A stretch of DNA of 60,040 nucleotides from Phycisphaerae bacterium (lineage in GTDB: Bacteria; Planctomycetota; Phycisphaerae; WQYP01): the NCBI GenBank assembly GCA_038248985.1, contig JBBRWV010000004.1, positions 1 through 60,040 of the forward strand, given 5' to 3'. Numbering within the stretch: the stretch's first letter is position 1; each line of letters opens with the position of its first letter. Below, piece by piece: positions 1-9,263 of this stretch. The position numbers were made by a program, and so were the translations under genes. The notes under the pieces are model-generated. The model saw only the letters and a program-made list of their open reading frames with translations, was not told where the DNA came from and did no database searches.

Positions 1-146
1 CCCCCCTCACCAGCGACCCCCTCTCCGACACCGCGCTGGCCAACCAAGCCGCCGACAACGCCGCGCTTGCGCCATTCTCTGAAGATATCGAGATTTCCGA
101 GACATTTCTGCCGCCGGCGAAACTTCGTGAGCCGACCGGTCGCGAC

Positions 147-2336
147 ATGATTATCAATGTTGTGGAAGGCGAAGAAGTGCGTATCGCCATCGTGCGGCGC
201 GGCATTCTGGAAGAACTTTACATGGAGCGTTCCAGCACGGAATCGCACATCGGCAATATCTACAAGGGTCGCGTCACCAACGTGGAACCCTCTATACAAG
301 CGGCATTTGTGGATTTTGGCATCGGCAAGAATGGCTTCCTGCATATATCCGATCTGCACCCGCAGTACTTCCCCAAGAGCAAACAACCGCGTGCGTTTCA
401 GCCGCGGCCAGAGAATCGTTTTGATCGCCGCCCCCCTCAGCCGGTGCAAGCCCCGCTGACGCAATCGCCTGTGCCGACGACGGAATCTGCAGGAAATATT
501 CCTGCGTCCATCAGCGGATCCACCCAAGAAAATCCGCCGGTACCGCAGCCGCAACTTCTGGCCGAACCGACCCCGTTGTCATCCGATTCGGGCGGCGGTT
601 CCGGTTCGGGGCTGTCCAATGAAGCAGGGCTCAGTTCGGAGATAAGCTCCGGCATGCTGGCACACAATACATCGGCGGATTCGCCCGCGCAGGCACTCGA
701 GCAAACGCTGGAAATGTCGCCCAGCGAAGTCTCCACTCCCCCAATCTCCGACAGCGTTGCGGCACCGGTTGTTGAGAATTCTGTTTCGCCACTGGCCACC
801 GCGGAATCCGTGGCAGAGCCGTCGCCCATCGTCGCCACGGAAGCCAACAGCGAAGCCGGCCCCACCAATGATGCGACCGATGGTGTCGAAACGGAGAGCT
901 CGGCAGAATCAGCCACAGGCACTGCCACGGCTGAAGTGGAAGCCGAGACGGAAGAAGAAGACGAGCCCACCGACTTCGGCAACGCCTACAACAACGATCT
1001 GCGCGATGATGAAGAGGACATGGAAGAAGCGGACGATGGCGATGATCGGCACATGAAGCCGATGGAAAAAGTTGGCCGCAAAACACCGCGGCATGAGCGG
1101 CCGCCGATCCAGCAGTGTCTGCGTCGCGGTCAGGAAGTTATCGTTCAAGTCATCAAGGAAGGCATCGGCACCAAGGGGCCGACGCTCACGTCGTACGTTT
1201 CGTGTCCCGGGCGCTATCTCGTGATGATGCCCGGCATGGCGCAGTTAGGTGTCTCGCGAAAAATTGAAGACCTGGAACTGCGGCGTGAACTGAAGCGTAC
1301 GTTGATGGAACTGAATCCTCCGAAGAATCTCGGCTTCATCATTCGCACGGCGGGCACGGAAGTCGCGAAGAAGGAATTGCAGGGGGATCTCGGTTATCTC
1401 GTTCGCATGTGGAAGGTCATTGCCAACCGCATCCGCACGCAGAAGGCCCCGGTCGAGCTTTACGAAGAATCGGATCTGGTCATCCGCACCATCCGCGATG
1501 TGTTCAATGACAGCATCGACCGCATCATCGTGGACAACGAGCAAGTCGCCTCGCGCATCCGCGATTTCCTCTCGATCGTCGATCCGCGCTCGGCGGGCAT
1601 GGTTGAACTTTACACCGGCACGATGCCGCTTTTCCAGAAATTCGGCGTCGAGCGAGAGATTGAGAAGATCAACTCGCGCCGGGTTGAAATGGCCAATGGC
1701 GGCTCGCTGGTGATTGATTCCACCGAGGCGCTCGTCGCCATCGACGTGAACTCGGGCCGCTATCGTGAACAGAAAGATGCGGAACTCACGGCGTTCAACA
1801 TGAACAAGGACGCGGTCAAGGAAGTGGTCCGGCAGCTTCGACTGCGGGATTTGGGCGGGGTCATTATCATCGACTTCATCGACATGCGTGAGGAGCGTCA
1901 CAAGCGCGAGATCGAGCACCTCCTGCGACTGGCGCTGGAAGACGACCGCGCCAAGACCAAAGTTTTACGGATGTCGCAATTCTGCTTGATTGAACTGACG
2001 CGCCAGCGCGTCCGGCCTTCGCTCAAGCGGTCGATTTATATGGATTGCCCCCACTGCCGAGGCAGCGCACTGATCAAGACACCGGAAAGCGTCGCGCTCG
2101 ATGTGATGCGTCGTCTTGCGGCTGGTGCCACGCGATTGGACGTGGCCCGCCTGGAAGTCCGGGCTTTTCCCGCGGTTGCAACTTTCCTGCTCAACCGCAA
2201 GCGCAAGGCGCTAGTGGAGTTGGAAGAAAAATCCGGGAAGCGGATTGGGATCAATCCTGACCCACACCTCGCGGGAGATCAGGTGCAGATCGAAGCCTTC
2301 ACGCCGACGGGCAACATGATCAACATTCCGCTGTAA
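147..2336 (+). CDS. Rne/Rng-family endoribonuclease (RNase E/G) with a large low-complexity insert splitting the S1 domain
   Basis: 729-aa ORF. First S1 half GNIYKGRVTNVEPSIQAAFVDFGIGKNGFLHISD; second S1 half RRGQEVIVQVIKEGIGTKGPTLTSYVSCPGRYLVMMP. Catalytic core LVIDSTEALVAIDVNSG and GGVIIIDFIDM; C-terminal Zn-link CPHCRG. Confidence 0.9.
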   Translation: MIINVVEGEEVRIAIVRRGILEELYMERSSTESHIGNIYKGRVTNVEPSIQAAFVDFGIGKNGFLHISDLHPQYFPKSKQPRAFQPRPENRFDRRPPQPVQAPLTQSPVPTTESAGNIPASISGSTQENPPVPQPQLLAEPTPLSSDSGGGSGSGLSNEAGLSSEISSGMLAHNTSADSPAQALEQTLEMSPSEVSTPPISDSVAAPVVENSVSPLATAESVAEPSPIVATEANSEAGPTNDATDGVETESSAESATGTATAEVEAETEEEDEPTDFGNAYNNDLRDDEEDMEEADDGDDRHMKPMEKVGRKTPRHERPPIQQCLRRGQEVIVQVIKEGIGTKGPTLTSYVSCPGRYLVMMPGMAQLGVSRKIEDLELRRELKRTLMELNPPKNLGFIIRTAGTEVAKKELQGDLGYLVRMWKVIANRIRTQKAPVELYEESDLVIRTIRDVFNDSIDRIIVDNEQVASRIRDFLSIVDPRSAGMVELYTGTMPLFQKFGVEREIEKINSRRVEMANGGSLVIDSTEALVAIDVNSGRYREQKDAELTAFNMNKDAVKEVVRQLRLRDLGGVIIIDFIDMREERHKREIEHLLRLALEDDRAKTKVLRMSQFCLIELTRQRVRPSLKRSIYMDCPHCRGSALIKTPESVALDVMRRLAAGATRLDVARLEVRAFPAVATFLLNRKRKALVELEEKSGKRIGINPDPHLAGDQVQIEAFTPTGNMINIPL

Positions 2337-2341
2337 GGTGG

Positions 2342-3141
2342 TTACGTTGACGCGGTCACATCGTTGCTGCGTTTCCGTCGCCCGCCCGCTTCGCCGCTCG
2401 GTTCCGGCAGCGCGGCCAACCGCTTGGCCGACAAGGGTGCGTGGCGCGACCCCATTTCACGTTGCATCGAAACCAGTTGCGTATGGACCCGGCGGGCCAG
2501 TTGATCAGGGCTTAAGCCGCGCCATTCCGACGCGGGGATGGGCTTGCCGTAGTAGATGCGTATCCCGCGCGGTCGGGGCAGTTTGCAGTGTCGAGGCCAG
2601 GCGTCAAACGCCCCGTCGATCACTACCGGCTGAAGTGGGATGTCTTTTTTGCAGCGGTTCAAGATGAGGGTGAAGCCCGGCATGATTTGCTGGATGGCTC
2701 CGTCTTCGGAACGTGTTCCCTCCAGGAAAATATTCACCATGAATCCTTTTCCAGTCGTTCCACGGCGGTGCGGATTGCTGTCAGATCCGCCGCGCCGCGC
2801 TTCACGGGAAATGCGTTGAGCAACTCGAGCAGATACCTAAAGATCGTTCCGTTGAACAAGCTGTCGCGTGCCATCGAATGGATTTGGCGCCCCGGTGCAA
2901 TCCCGATCAACCAGGGGTCCAGAAACGACTGATGGTTGGTCAGCATCAGGACGCCGCCGTTTGCGCCGGCCGGGGGAATGTTGCTGGTGCCGCGCGCATG
3001 GAACCGAAAGAGGAGCATCCCGAGCACGCGCGACAGGAGCTTTCCCATTCCGTAGGCGGCGCGTTGAAATAGGGATGTCCTTTCGCCGCGAAAGGTGTAG
3101 GCGATACGAGTTTTTGTGGGGAGTTCAGACATGCCGCCCAA
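2342..3141 (-). pseudogene. plsC: 1-acyl-sn-glycerol-3-phosphate acyltransferase (PlsC family), split by a single frameshift near 2741-2750
   Basis: ORF 2734..3141 carries the HX4D block (NHQSFLDP) and FPVKRG. ORF 2342..2740 starts exactly at the next conserved block (VNIFLEGTRS). The two frames overlap at ...LEKDSW*/MVNIF. One extra base in the aaaagg run would restore LEKGFMVNIFLEGTRS. A likely ATG start is at 3132, 13 nt after the cmk stop. Confidence 0.75.
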
Positions 3142-3144
3142 AAA

Positions 3145-3834
3145 TCAGTGCCGGGAACCCGACACGGTACGTTCGTGAATCAAGCTGACCATTTTTTCAA
3201 CCACGTCATCGAGGGATACATCGGTGGTATCAAGGATGATCGCGTCGGCCGGCCGCGCGAGCGGGCCATGTGCGCGACCCTGGTCGCGCATATCGCGGCG
3301 CACGATCTGTTCAAGGACATCGTGAATGTCCGCGGAAATACCTTTGTCGGCCAGTTGCGATATGCGCCGCTGGGCTCGCACTTCGGGATGGGCATCGAGG
3401 TAGAATTTGAAATCGGCCTTGGGAAAAACGATGGTGCCCTGGTCGCGGCCCTCGGTCACCATGCCGCCGCGAATTTCCACACATTTTGCTCCGATGATTC
3501 TCTGGCGTTTGACCAATTCTTCGCGCACCCAGGGATTGTCGGCGGCTTGCCAGGTGATGGCGGTGATGTGCGGCGTGCGAATAGCTTCGGCGACATTTTT
3601 GCCATTCAATAAAATGGGGGCATTGGGCTGCGACCAATCAAAATCCAAACTGAGCAAACGGCACCGATTGGCGATTTCTTCGGGGAGGTCGAGGAGACCC
3701 TGTTCATAGAGATCGAGAGCCACCGCCCGGTACATAGCCCCCGTATCCAAATGCGGATAACCCAACTGGCCGGCGATCTTCAGTGCTGCGGCAGATTTGC
3801 CGGAACCCGCTGGGCCATCAATAGTTATGATCAT
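3145..3834 (-). CDS. cmk: cytidylate kinase
   Basis: 229 aa. MIITIDGPAGSGKSAAALKIAGQLGYPHLDTGAMYRAVAL is the typical Cmk N-terminus with P-loop. Confidence 0.93.
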   Translation of the reverse strand: MIITIDGPAGSGKSAAALKIAGQLGYPHLDTGAMYRAVALDLYEQGLLDLPEEIANRCRLLSLDFDWSQPNAPILLNGKNVAEAIRTPHITAITWQAADNPWVREELVKRQRIIGAKCVEIRGGMVTEGRDQGTIVFPKADFKFYLDAHPEVRAQRRISQLADKGISADIHDVLEQIVRRDMRDQGRAHGPLARPADAIILDTTDVSLDDVVEKMVSLIHERTVSGSRH

Positions 3835-4031
3835 GTCGTAACTCCCGATCGGGCACTATTAAATATCTCACCAACGATAATAAGTTGCTAATTTGGGCAA
3901 TCTGGTGAAGAAATTCTTGAAAACGGACTCATTTGACGATAAGTTATAGCATTCGGGTTGGAATTACAACATTTCCTAATCCAACCTTATGAATTTCAGT
4001 CGCCGTTTTACCTCGCTATTTTCTCCCCTCC

Positions 4032-4072
4032 GGTAGGCGAAGTTCCATCCCAGGCCTTCGCCTACTTTTTTT
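4032..4072 (+). terminator. intrinsic terminator-like hairpin with no upstream + strand gene (possible attenuator or sRNA 3' end)
   Basis: Perfect 10-bp stem gtaggcgaag (4033-4042) / cttcgcctac (4056-4065), 13-nt loop, then T7 (4066-4072). Lies in the divergent cmk / M20-peptidase intergenic region. Confidence 0.6.
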
Positions 4073-4208
4073 ATCAGTCCTTGCCGCCTTCCCCCTCGTA
4101 CCGTTTGAGGCTTCGCCAAACGGTGGTTATTCTTCACTTACCGTAATTTAGACTCTGTTGATGCCCGGTGCGTCAGGTGCTTTCGTTTTTTCTTCGGAGT
4201 TTCCCCCC

Positions 4209-5609
4209 ATGCTCGATACCGTCCTCCTCTGGATTTCCCGCAACGAAAAGCGGTGGCTCGGTGATCTTAAGAACTGGCTTTCTATTCCGAGTGTCTCTGC
4301 CCAGCCAGATCATGCGACGGACATACTTGCCGCCGCGGATTGGGCGAAGGATTATCTGCGTACCATCGGCATGGACGTCGAAGTCATACCCACCAAACGC
4401 CACCCGTGCATTGTCGCGACGACACCGCCGAAACTCTGTGCCCCCAACGCCCCTCACATCCTCATCTACGGCCACTACGACGTGCAGCCCGCCGAACCGC
4501 TGGATTTGTGGGAAAGCCCGCCATTCGAGCCCACAGTGCGCGATGGCCATCTTTTTGCGCGCGGTGCCAGCGACGACAAAGGCCAGGTTCATTGCCACCT
4601 GGCTGCGCTGCTGGCGTGGAAGGAAATCAACGAGGGTTTCCCGTGCCGCATTACGGTGCTTCTCGAAGGGGAGGAAGAGATCGGCTCACCCAATCTCATG
4701 GATGTGGTGCGGGCGAAAGAGGACCTTCTCAAAAGTGCGCAGGTTCTCATCATCAGCGACACCAATCAGTTCGCGGAGGGTGTGCCGGCGATTACCTATG
4801 GGTTGCGCGGGCTCGCTTACTTTGAAATAAAACTTACGGGGGCCAACTCGGATCTGCACAGCGGGATGTATGGCGGCGCCGTGGTCAACCCCGCGCACGT
4901 GCTGGCGTCGGTACTGGCGCAGTTGCACGACTCTCACGGCCGCGTCACGGTGCCGGGATTCTATGATGATGTTGAGCCGCTTACCGAGCGTCAACGTGCC
5001 GAATCGCGTGCGCTCCCGTTTACGGAAGCACAGTTTGCCGCGGACCTGGGGCTCACTCTGGAGGGTTTGCAGGGGGAAGAAGGATTCACCAGCCTGGAGA
5101 GAAAATCGGCCCGGCCCACGCTCGAAGTGCATGGGCTCTCCAGCGGCTATCAGGGCCCGGGGGCGAAAACCGTTTTGCCGTGCGAGGCGAGCGTCAAGTT
5201 CTCCTGCCGACTGGTTCCGAATCAGAATCCCCAGAGGATCTCAGCCCTGGTTGAAAAATATGTACGTTCGCTGGTGCCGGCCGGCGTATCGCTGGAGTTT
5301 CATTCGCATGGAACAGGCAACCCTGCGGCCATTACTCCGCTGGAGAGCCCCGCGATGGTCGCCGCTGCCGAAGCGATTGAATTGGGATTTGGCCAGAAGC
5401 CTGTATTCACGCGTGAAGGGGGGAGTATTCCGGTTGTCGGATGGTTCAAAGAAGCGCTGAACCTGGACTCCGTTATGGTGGGTTTCGGCCTGCCCAATGA
5501 CCGCATCCATGCCCCGAACGAGAAGCTTGATCTGTATTGCTATTATGCGGGCATTCGCACGGCGGCGGCACTTTATCAGAAACTGGCCGATCACCTACAA
5601 AAGAGTTGA
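4209..5609 (+). CDS. M20-family metallopeptidase (dipeptidase / ArgE-DapE-CPG2-like)
   Basis: ILIYGHYDVQPAEPLDLWESPPFEPTVRDGHLFARGASDDKGQV and LLEGEEEIGSP motifs. ATG at 4209 (MLDTVLLWIS...) with GGAG 11 nt upstream is preferred over the ORF-track start at 4158. Confidence 0.85.
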   Translation: MLDTVLLWISRNEKRWLGDLKNWLSIPSVSAQPDHATDILAAADWAKDYLRTIGMDVEVIPTKRHPCIVATTPPKLCAPNAPHILIYGHYDVQPAEPLDLWESPPFEPTVRDGHLFARGASDDKGQVHCHLAALLAWKEINEGFPCRITVLLEGEEEIGSPNLMDVVRAKEDLLKSAQVLIISDTNQFAEGVPAITYGLRGLAYFEIKLTGANSDLHSGMYGGAVVNPAHVLASVLAQLHDSHGRVTVPGFYDDVEPLTERQRAESRALPFTEAQFAADLGLTLEGLQGEEGFTSLERKSARPTLEVHGLSSGYQGPGAKTVLPCEASVKFSCRLVPNQNPQRISALVEKYVRSLVPAGVSLEFHSHGTGNPAAITPLESPAMVAAAEAIELGFGQKPVFTREGGSIPVVGWFKEALNLDSVMVGFGLPNDRIHAPNEKLDLYCYYAGIRTAAALYQKLADHLQKS

Positions 5610-5858
5610 TTGGAAAATTGTATGTGGGTCGAAACCCGCTTTATCGAGTTCCTGCAGAAGTGCTGTAAACATCTCCCGCGGATCAGTTGCATATTTGCTG
5701 GGACAGTTTGCGAAGTTGATTGAACTGCTTGAGGGTTAATCGAACACCTGGACGAATTCGCATTATGTGTGTAACCGCAGCTTCCGCATCCGGCACGATG
5801 CGGCGGGTAATTAACAGCATCGCCATCAAGACATTGTGACTGCCCGTGACTGAGTCGC

Positions 5859-5894
5859 AGAAAAAGGATGCCTCGCACTGGGCGAGGCATCCTT
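5859..5894 (-). terminator. rho-independent terminator of glgP
   Basis: 13-bp perfect stem (+ strand aaggatgcctcgc 5864-5876 / gcgaggcatcctt 5882-5894), 5-nt loop. On the - strand it is followed by a T-run (CATCCTTTTTCTG), about 30 nt after the glgP stop. Confidence 0.8.
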
Positions 5895-5924
5895 GACTTG
5901 AATTGGCAGCCGCGTCGCCACGCG

Positions 5925-8516
5925 TTATCCCCAGCGAATCAACCCCGGCTCCATGCGCAAATTGACGCTGGGATTTTTCGGCAATACGCGAACCTGGAAA
6001 CCCTGCTGGCCACAGGCTTTGGCCTGCAGTGTTCCGCGATAGGTATGTACCGGGTACTCCGGCGGTTTGCCAACCTCGGCGAGCTTGGGTTCGGTCGAGG
6101 ATATTTTTTCCATCATGGTGCGCGAGGCGTGGGATATGCCGCCTGTGGTATCCAAGGCCCCGTGGTAAAGCTCCACGAGTACATCTTCGGCTTTGATCGC
6201 CCCCAGCGCCACTTTCGTGTCGACACTGAAGCTCTCACCGGCCATGAGCGGTTCATCCGTGCTGGGCTTGATGTCAAAGACCCAGACCTTGCTCCATTCT
6301 TTCGCCAATTTTTCTTTCCAAGTGGCCAGGTCTTTTGCACCCTGACCATGCTGACTCATGAGCTTCGTGTGCAGCTCATTGGCCGGATTGTAAGCGAGTT
6401 CAAAATATTCCTGCACCATACGCGAGGTATTGAAGAACGAGCAGCACGTTTTGATTGAATCTTTCATGCGCGAAATCCAGCGTCGCGGCAGGCCATCGGC
6501 CCCGCGATCGTAAAACTCCGGAATGACTTCCTTCTCGAGCAACTCAAACAGCGATTCCGAATCCATGTGATCCTGGTACTCGTCGTTGTTGAACTCTTCT
6601 TCGGTGCCGATCGCCCAGCCTGAATGGGCGTTGTTCTTGTAGCACTCCACCCACCACCCGTCCAGAATCGACAAATTGATTCCGCCGTTGATCGGACCTT
6701 TCATGCCGGAGGTACCCGATGCTTCCATCGGCCGGCGCGGCGTGTTGAGCCAGATATCCACGCCCTGGACGAGGTAGCGTGCGACATTCATATCGTAGTC
6801 TTCGAGGAAAACCATACGCACGCGCACATCTTCGCGTTTGGCGAAGCGGATAATGTCCTGGATATAGCGTTTTCCACCGTCATCCCGTGGGTGGGCTTTG
6901 CCGGCGAAGATGAACTGCAGAGGACGATCGCGATTGGTCAGCAATTTAATCAGCCGGTCCTGGTCGCGGAACAACAGAGTTGCGCGTTTGTAGGTTGCGA
7001 AGCGGCGGGCAAAGCCAATCGTCAGCGCCTCAGGGTCCAGAATTTCATTGATGCGTCCCACATCCGCCGAGGAGGAGCCGCGTCGTTTGAACTGCTCCGT
7101 GAGGCGTTCGCGCACGAAGCCCACGAGGTGTTCGCGGCGACGTTCGTGGGAACGCCATAGTTCCGCATCCGGAATGCGGGTGATCCGGTCCCACATCTGG
7201 TAGTTCGTCGGTTTGTCGGACCAGTTGGCGCCGAGGTAGCGTGAATACAGCGAGGAAAACTCATCGGACAACCAAGTCTGAGTGTGCACGCCATTGGTGA
7301 TCGCCTTGATGGGCACTTCCGGAATCGGCAAGTCGGGCCAGATGCGATGCCACATGTCGCGGGAGACTTTTCCGTGCAACTGGGACACGCCATTGCAGTG
7401 CCATGCCGTGCGCAGGGCCAAGACCGTCATTGAAAAATGTTCATGGGGGTCGCCGGGGGTAATCTTTCCCAGATCAAAAAATACTTCTCGGGTGATTCCC
7501 AGGCGTGGATAGTACGAACCGAGGTATCGCTCAATGATGTCGGCGTGGAACGCATCGTTTCCGGCCGGCACGGGGGTATGCGTCGTAAAGATATTCGATG
7601 AGGCCACGAGTTCGATGGCTTCGCGGAAGGTCATCTTCTCTTCTTCCATCACGAGGCGGAGGCGTTCCAGCGACAAAAAAGCGGCATGGCCTTCGTTCAT
7701 GTGGCAAACGGTCGGCTTGATTCCGAGTGCCGACAGAGCGCGCAGCCCGCCGATCCCGAGCAGCACTTCCTGGCGTACGCGCATATCCTGATCGCCGCCG
7801 TACAGACGGGCGGTGATCTCGCGGTCTTCGGGCCGATTGCTGGGCACGTTGGCATCAAGCAGATACAACGGATTGCGTCCCACCTGGAGCCTCCAGATGT
7901 ACGCTTTCACGGGGCCTTCCGGCATAGACACTTCAATGGTGACCGGCTGCTTCTTCTCGTCCATCATTTGCGTGATGGGCAGAGTGAAGAAATCATTTTC
8001 AGGGTAATTTTCCTGTTGCCACCCCTCGGAATTCAGGGCCTGACGGAAGTATCCAAAACGATACAGCAACCCCACGCCCACCAAGGGCAAACCGATGTCG
8101 GAGGCTGATTTCATATGATCGCCCGACAGCACCCCCAACCCGCCGGAATAGATCGGTACGGACTCGTGGAGCCCGTACTCGGCGGAAAAATAGGCGATCC
8201 GCGCCTTGTTTCCAGGATAGGTCTGGGTGTACCAGGTCGGAGTCGACATGTAGTGTTTGAAGTCCGCGGAAATGCGGTTCATGTGCGCCAGGAAGCCTTC
8301 ATCAGCGGCCGCCGATGCCAGTTTGTCCTGCGATATCAGGGACAAGACGCGGACGGGGTTATGATTGGTCTGCTCCCACAACTCGGAATCAAGACGGCGA
8401 AAGAGACCTGTGGCGTCATAGTTCCACAACGTCCAGAGATTGTAGGCTAGCTCGGTTAGGGGCTTCAGTGTCTCCGGGATGGCCGGAACAACGACAAATT
8501 TACGCACTGTGGGCAT
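5925..8516 (-). CDS. glgP: alpha-glucan (glycogen/maltodextrin) phosphorylase, GT35, DUF3417-type N-terminus
   Basis: MPTVRKFVVVPAIPETLKPLTELAYNLWTLWNY N-terminus; PLP-lysine block EASGTSGMKGPINGG. ATG at 8516 has AAGGAG 7 nt upstream. The ORF-track start at 8636 adds 40 unsupported residues. Confidence 0.92.
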   Translation of the reverse strand: MPTVRKFVVVPAIPETLKPLTELAYNLWTLWNYDATGLFRRLDSELWEQTNHNPVRVLSLISQDKLASAAADEGFLAHMNRISADFKHYMSTPTWYTQTYPGNKARIAYFSAEYGLHESVPIYSGGLGVLSGDHMKSASDIGLPLVGVGLLYRFGYFRQALNSEGWQQENYPENDFFTLPITQMMDEKKQPVTIEVSMPEGPVKAYIWRLQVGRNPLYLLDANVPSNRPEDREITARLYGGDQDMRVRQEVLLGIGGLRALSALGIKPTVCHMNEGHAAFLSLERLRLVMEEEKMTFREAIELVASSNIFTTHTPVPAGNDAFHADIIERYLGSYYPRLGITREVFFDLGKITPGDPHEHFSMTVLALRTAWHCNGVSQLHGKVSRDMWHRIWPDLPIPEVPIKAITNGVHTQTWLSDEFSSLYSRYLGANWSDKPTNYQMWDRITRIPDAELWRSHERRREHLVGFVRERLTEQFKRRGSSSADVGRINEILDPEALTIGFARRFATYKRATLLFRDQDRLIKLLTNRDRPLQFIFAGKAHPRDDGGKRYIQDIIRFAKREDVRVRMVFLEDYDMNVARYLVQGVDIWLNTPRRPMEASGTSGMKGPINGGINLSILDGWWVECYKNNAHSGWAIGTEEEFNNDEYQDHMDSESLFELLEKEVIPEFYDRGADGLPRRWISRMKDSIKTCCSFFNTSRMVQEYFELAYNPANELHTKLMSQHGQGAKDLATWKEKLAKEWSKVWVFDIKPSTDEPLMAGESFSVDTKVALGAIKAEDVLVELYHGALDTTGGISHASRTMMEKISSTEPKLAEVGKPPEYPVHTYRGTLQAKACGQQGFQVRVLPKNPSVNLRMEPGLIRWG

Positions 8517-8705
8517 TCTCACTCCTTTGAAAAACCCCTCGCTTGTACTCGTCTTGAGTTCCAAAACGTCGCCTAAGTGTAAACGAGCCGCAATGTTTTG
8601 AAAATGATGCATTTGCCGGTAAAAGTTCGCATCCATCTTTGCGCGAACTTCTTGCTCCCCAAATGGTTTCCCCTATGCTGGGCTTCGACCTTGGTTTCGC
8701 AAAGG

Positions 8706-9263
8706 ATGCCCGTCATGCTTCGACGTATTGCCGCTCTCTTCTGGTGGCTCGGACTCTCCCTCTGGTTTGGGGGCCTTGTCGCGTTGGGAGCGGTCGCCGC
8801 TCCGCCGATTTTCCACACCATCCGCGACGTGAACGCCACACTTCCGGGCACACCCGAATGGCTCAATGCCCAGGATCAACTGGGCGGCGAAATCTTCGGC
8901 GAAATTCTCCGGCGTTTCAGCATTCTGGAGGGCGTCTGCTTGGCGGCCTTGCTTGCGGCGCTATTTATCTCCCTGCTGATGCGGCGTAATCTCTGGCTCT
9001 GGATTCGGCTGTTCATGGTGCTGGCGCTGGGCTCCCTGCTTTACTACGACTCCCGAGTGCTCACGCCCGAGGTCTGGAAAACTCGGACGCTCACGCGGGG
9101 CGTTCAATCCGCCGAGCTTGAAAACCGTTTTCAAGTTCTGCACAAACGCGCAGAGTTTCTCGGCCAGATCAAAGTCTGGATCCTCGTTGGTCTCGTGGGC
9201 GTCAGCGCTTCGACCTCCAACCCGTCCCGCAAACTGCAAGGCGAGCAGCCAAGCCATGATTAA
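8706..9263 (+). CDS. small multi-pass membrane protein (DUF4149/TMEM205-like)
   Basis: MPVMLRRIAALFWWLGLSLWFGGLVALGAVAAPPIF plus three further hydrophobic helices. The start at 8706 was chosen because upstream ORF residues overlap the glgP 5' region. Confidence 0.5.
   Translation: MPVMLRRIAALFWWLGLSLWFGGLVALGAVAAPPIFHTIRDVNATLPGTPEWLNAQDQLGGEIFGEILRRFSILEGVCLAALLAALFISLLMRRNLWLWIRLFMVLALGSLLYYDSRVLTPEVWKTRTLTRGVQSAELENRFQVLHKRAEFLGQIKVWILVGLVGVSASTSNPSRKLQGEQPSHD

Noticed and set aside
437-982. 181-aa - strand ORF and several + strand alternative-frame ORFs inside the RNase E/G insert region
   Set aside because: They are low-complexity translations of the repeat-like acidic/Ser/Pro coding stretch. 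The RNase E/G frame is continuous and flanked by conserved S1 halves.
3958-4146. 62-aa + strand ORF in the cmk / peptidase gap
   Set aside because: It has a TTG start and no RBS, and it reads straight through a strong terminator hairpin and T7 run. The 15-codon mini-ORF plus terminator interpretation fits better.
5610-5860. Low-GC spacer with a - strand frame whose C-terminus (..VTGSHNVLMAMLLITRRIVPDAEAAVTHIMRIRPGVRLTLKQFNQL..) loosely resembles the end of a dual-specificity phosphatase
   Set aside because: The HCx5R active-site spacing is not satisfied (FCDSVTGSH). The frame runs through the glgP terminator hairpin, and the only in-frame starts give about 50 aa. This is too weak to call without a database search.
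8517-8636. 40-codon upstream extension of glgP, and similar extensions for nth (9118), the SRAP gene (16302), DUF2062 (35393), rplM (36128), argC (37256), pntAA (46322), the gltD-like gene (49327) and the PAS kinase (53846)
   Set aside because: In each case the conserved protein N-terminus, an RBS, an overlap with the previous gene or an intervening terminator supports the downstream start.
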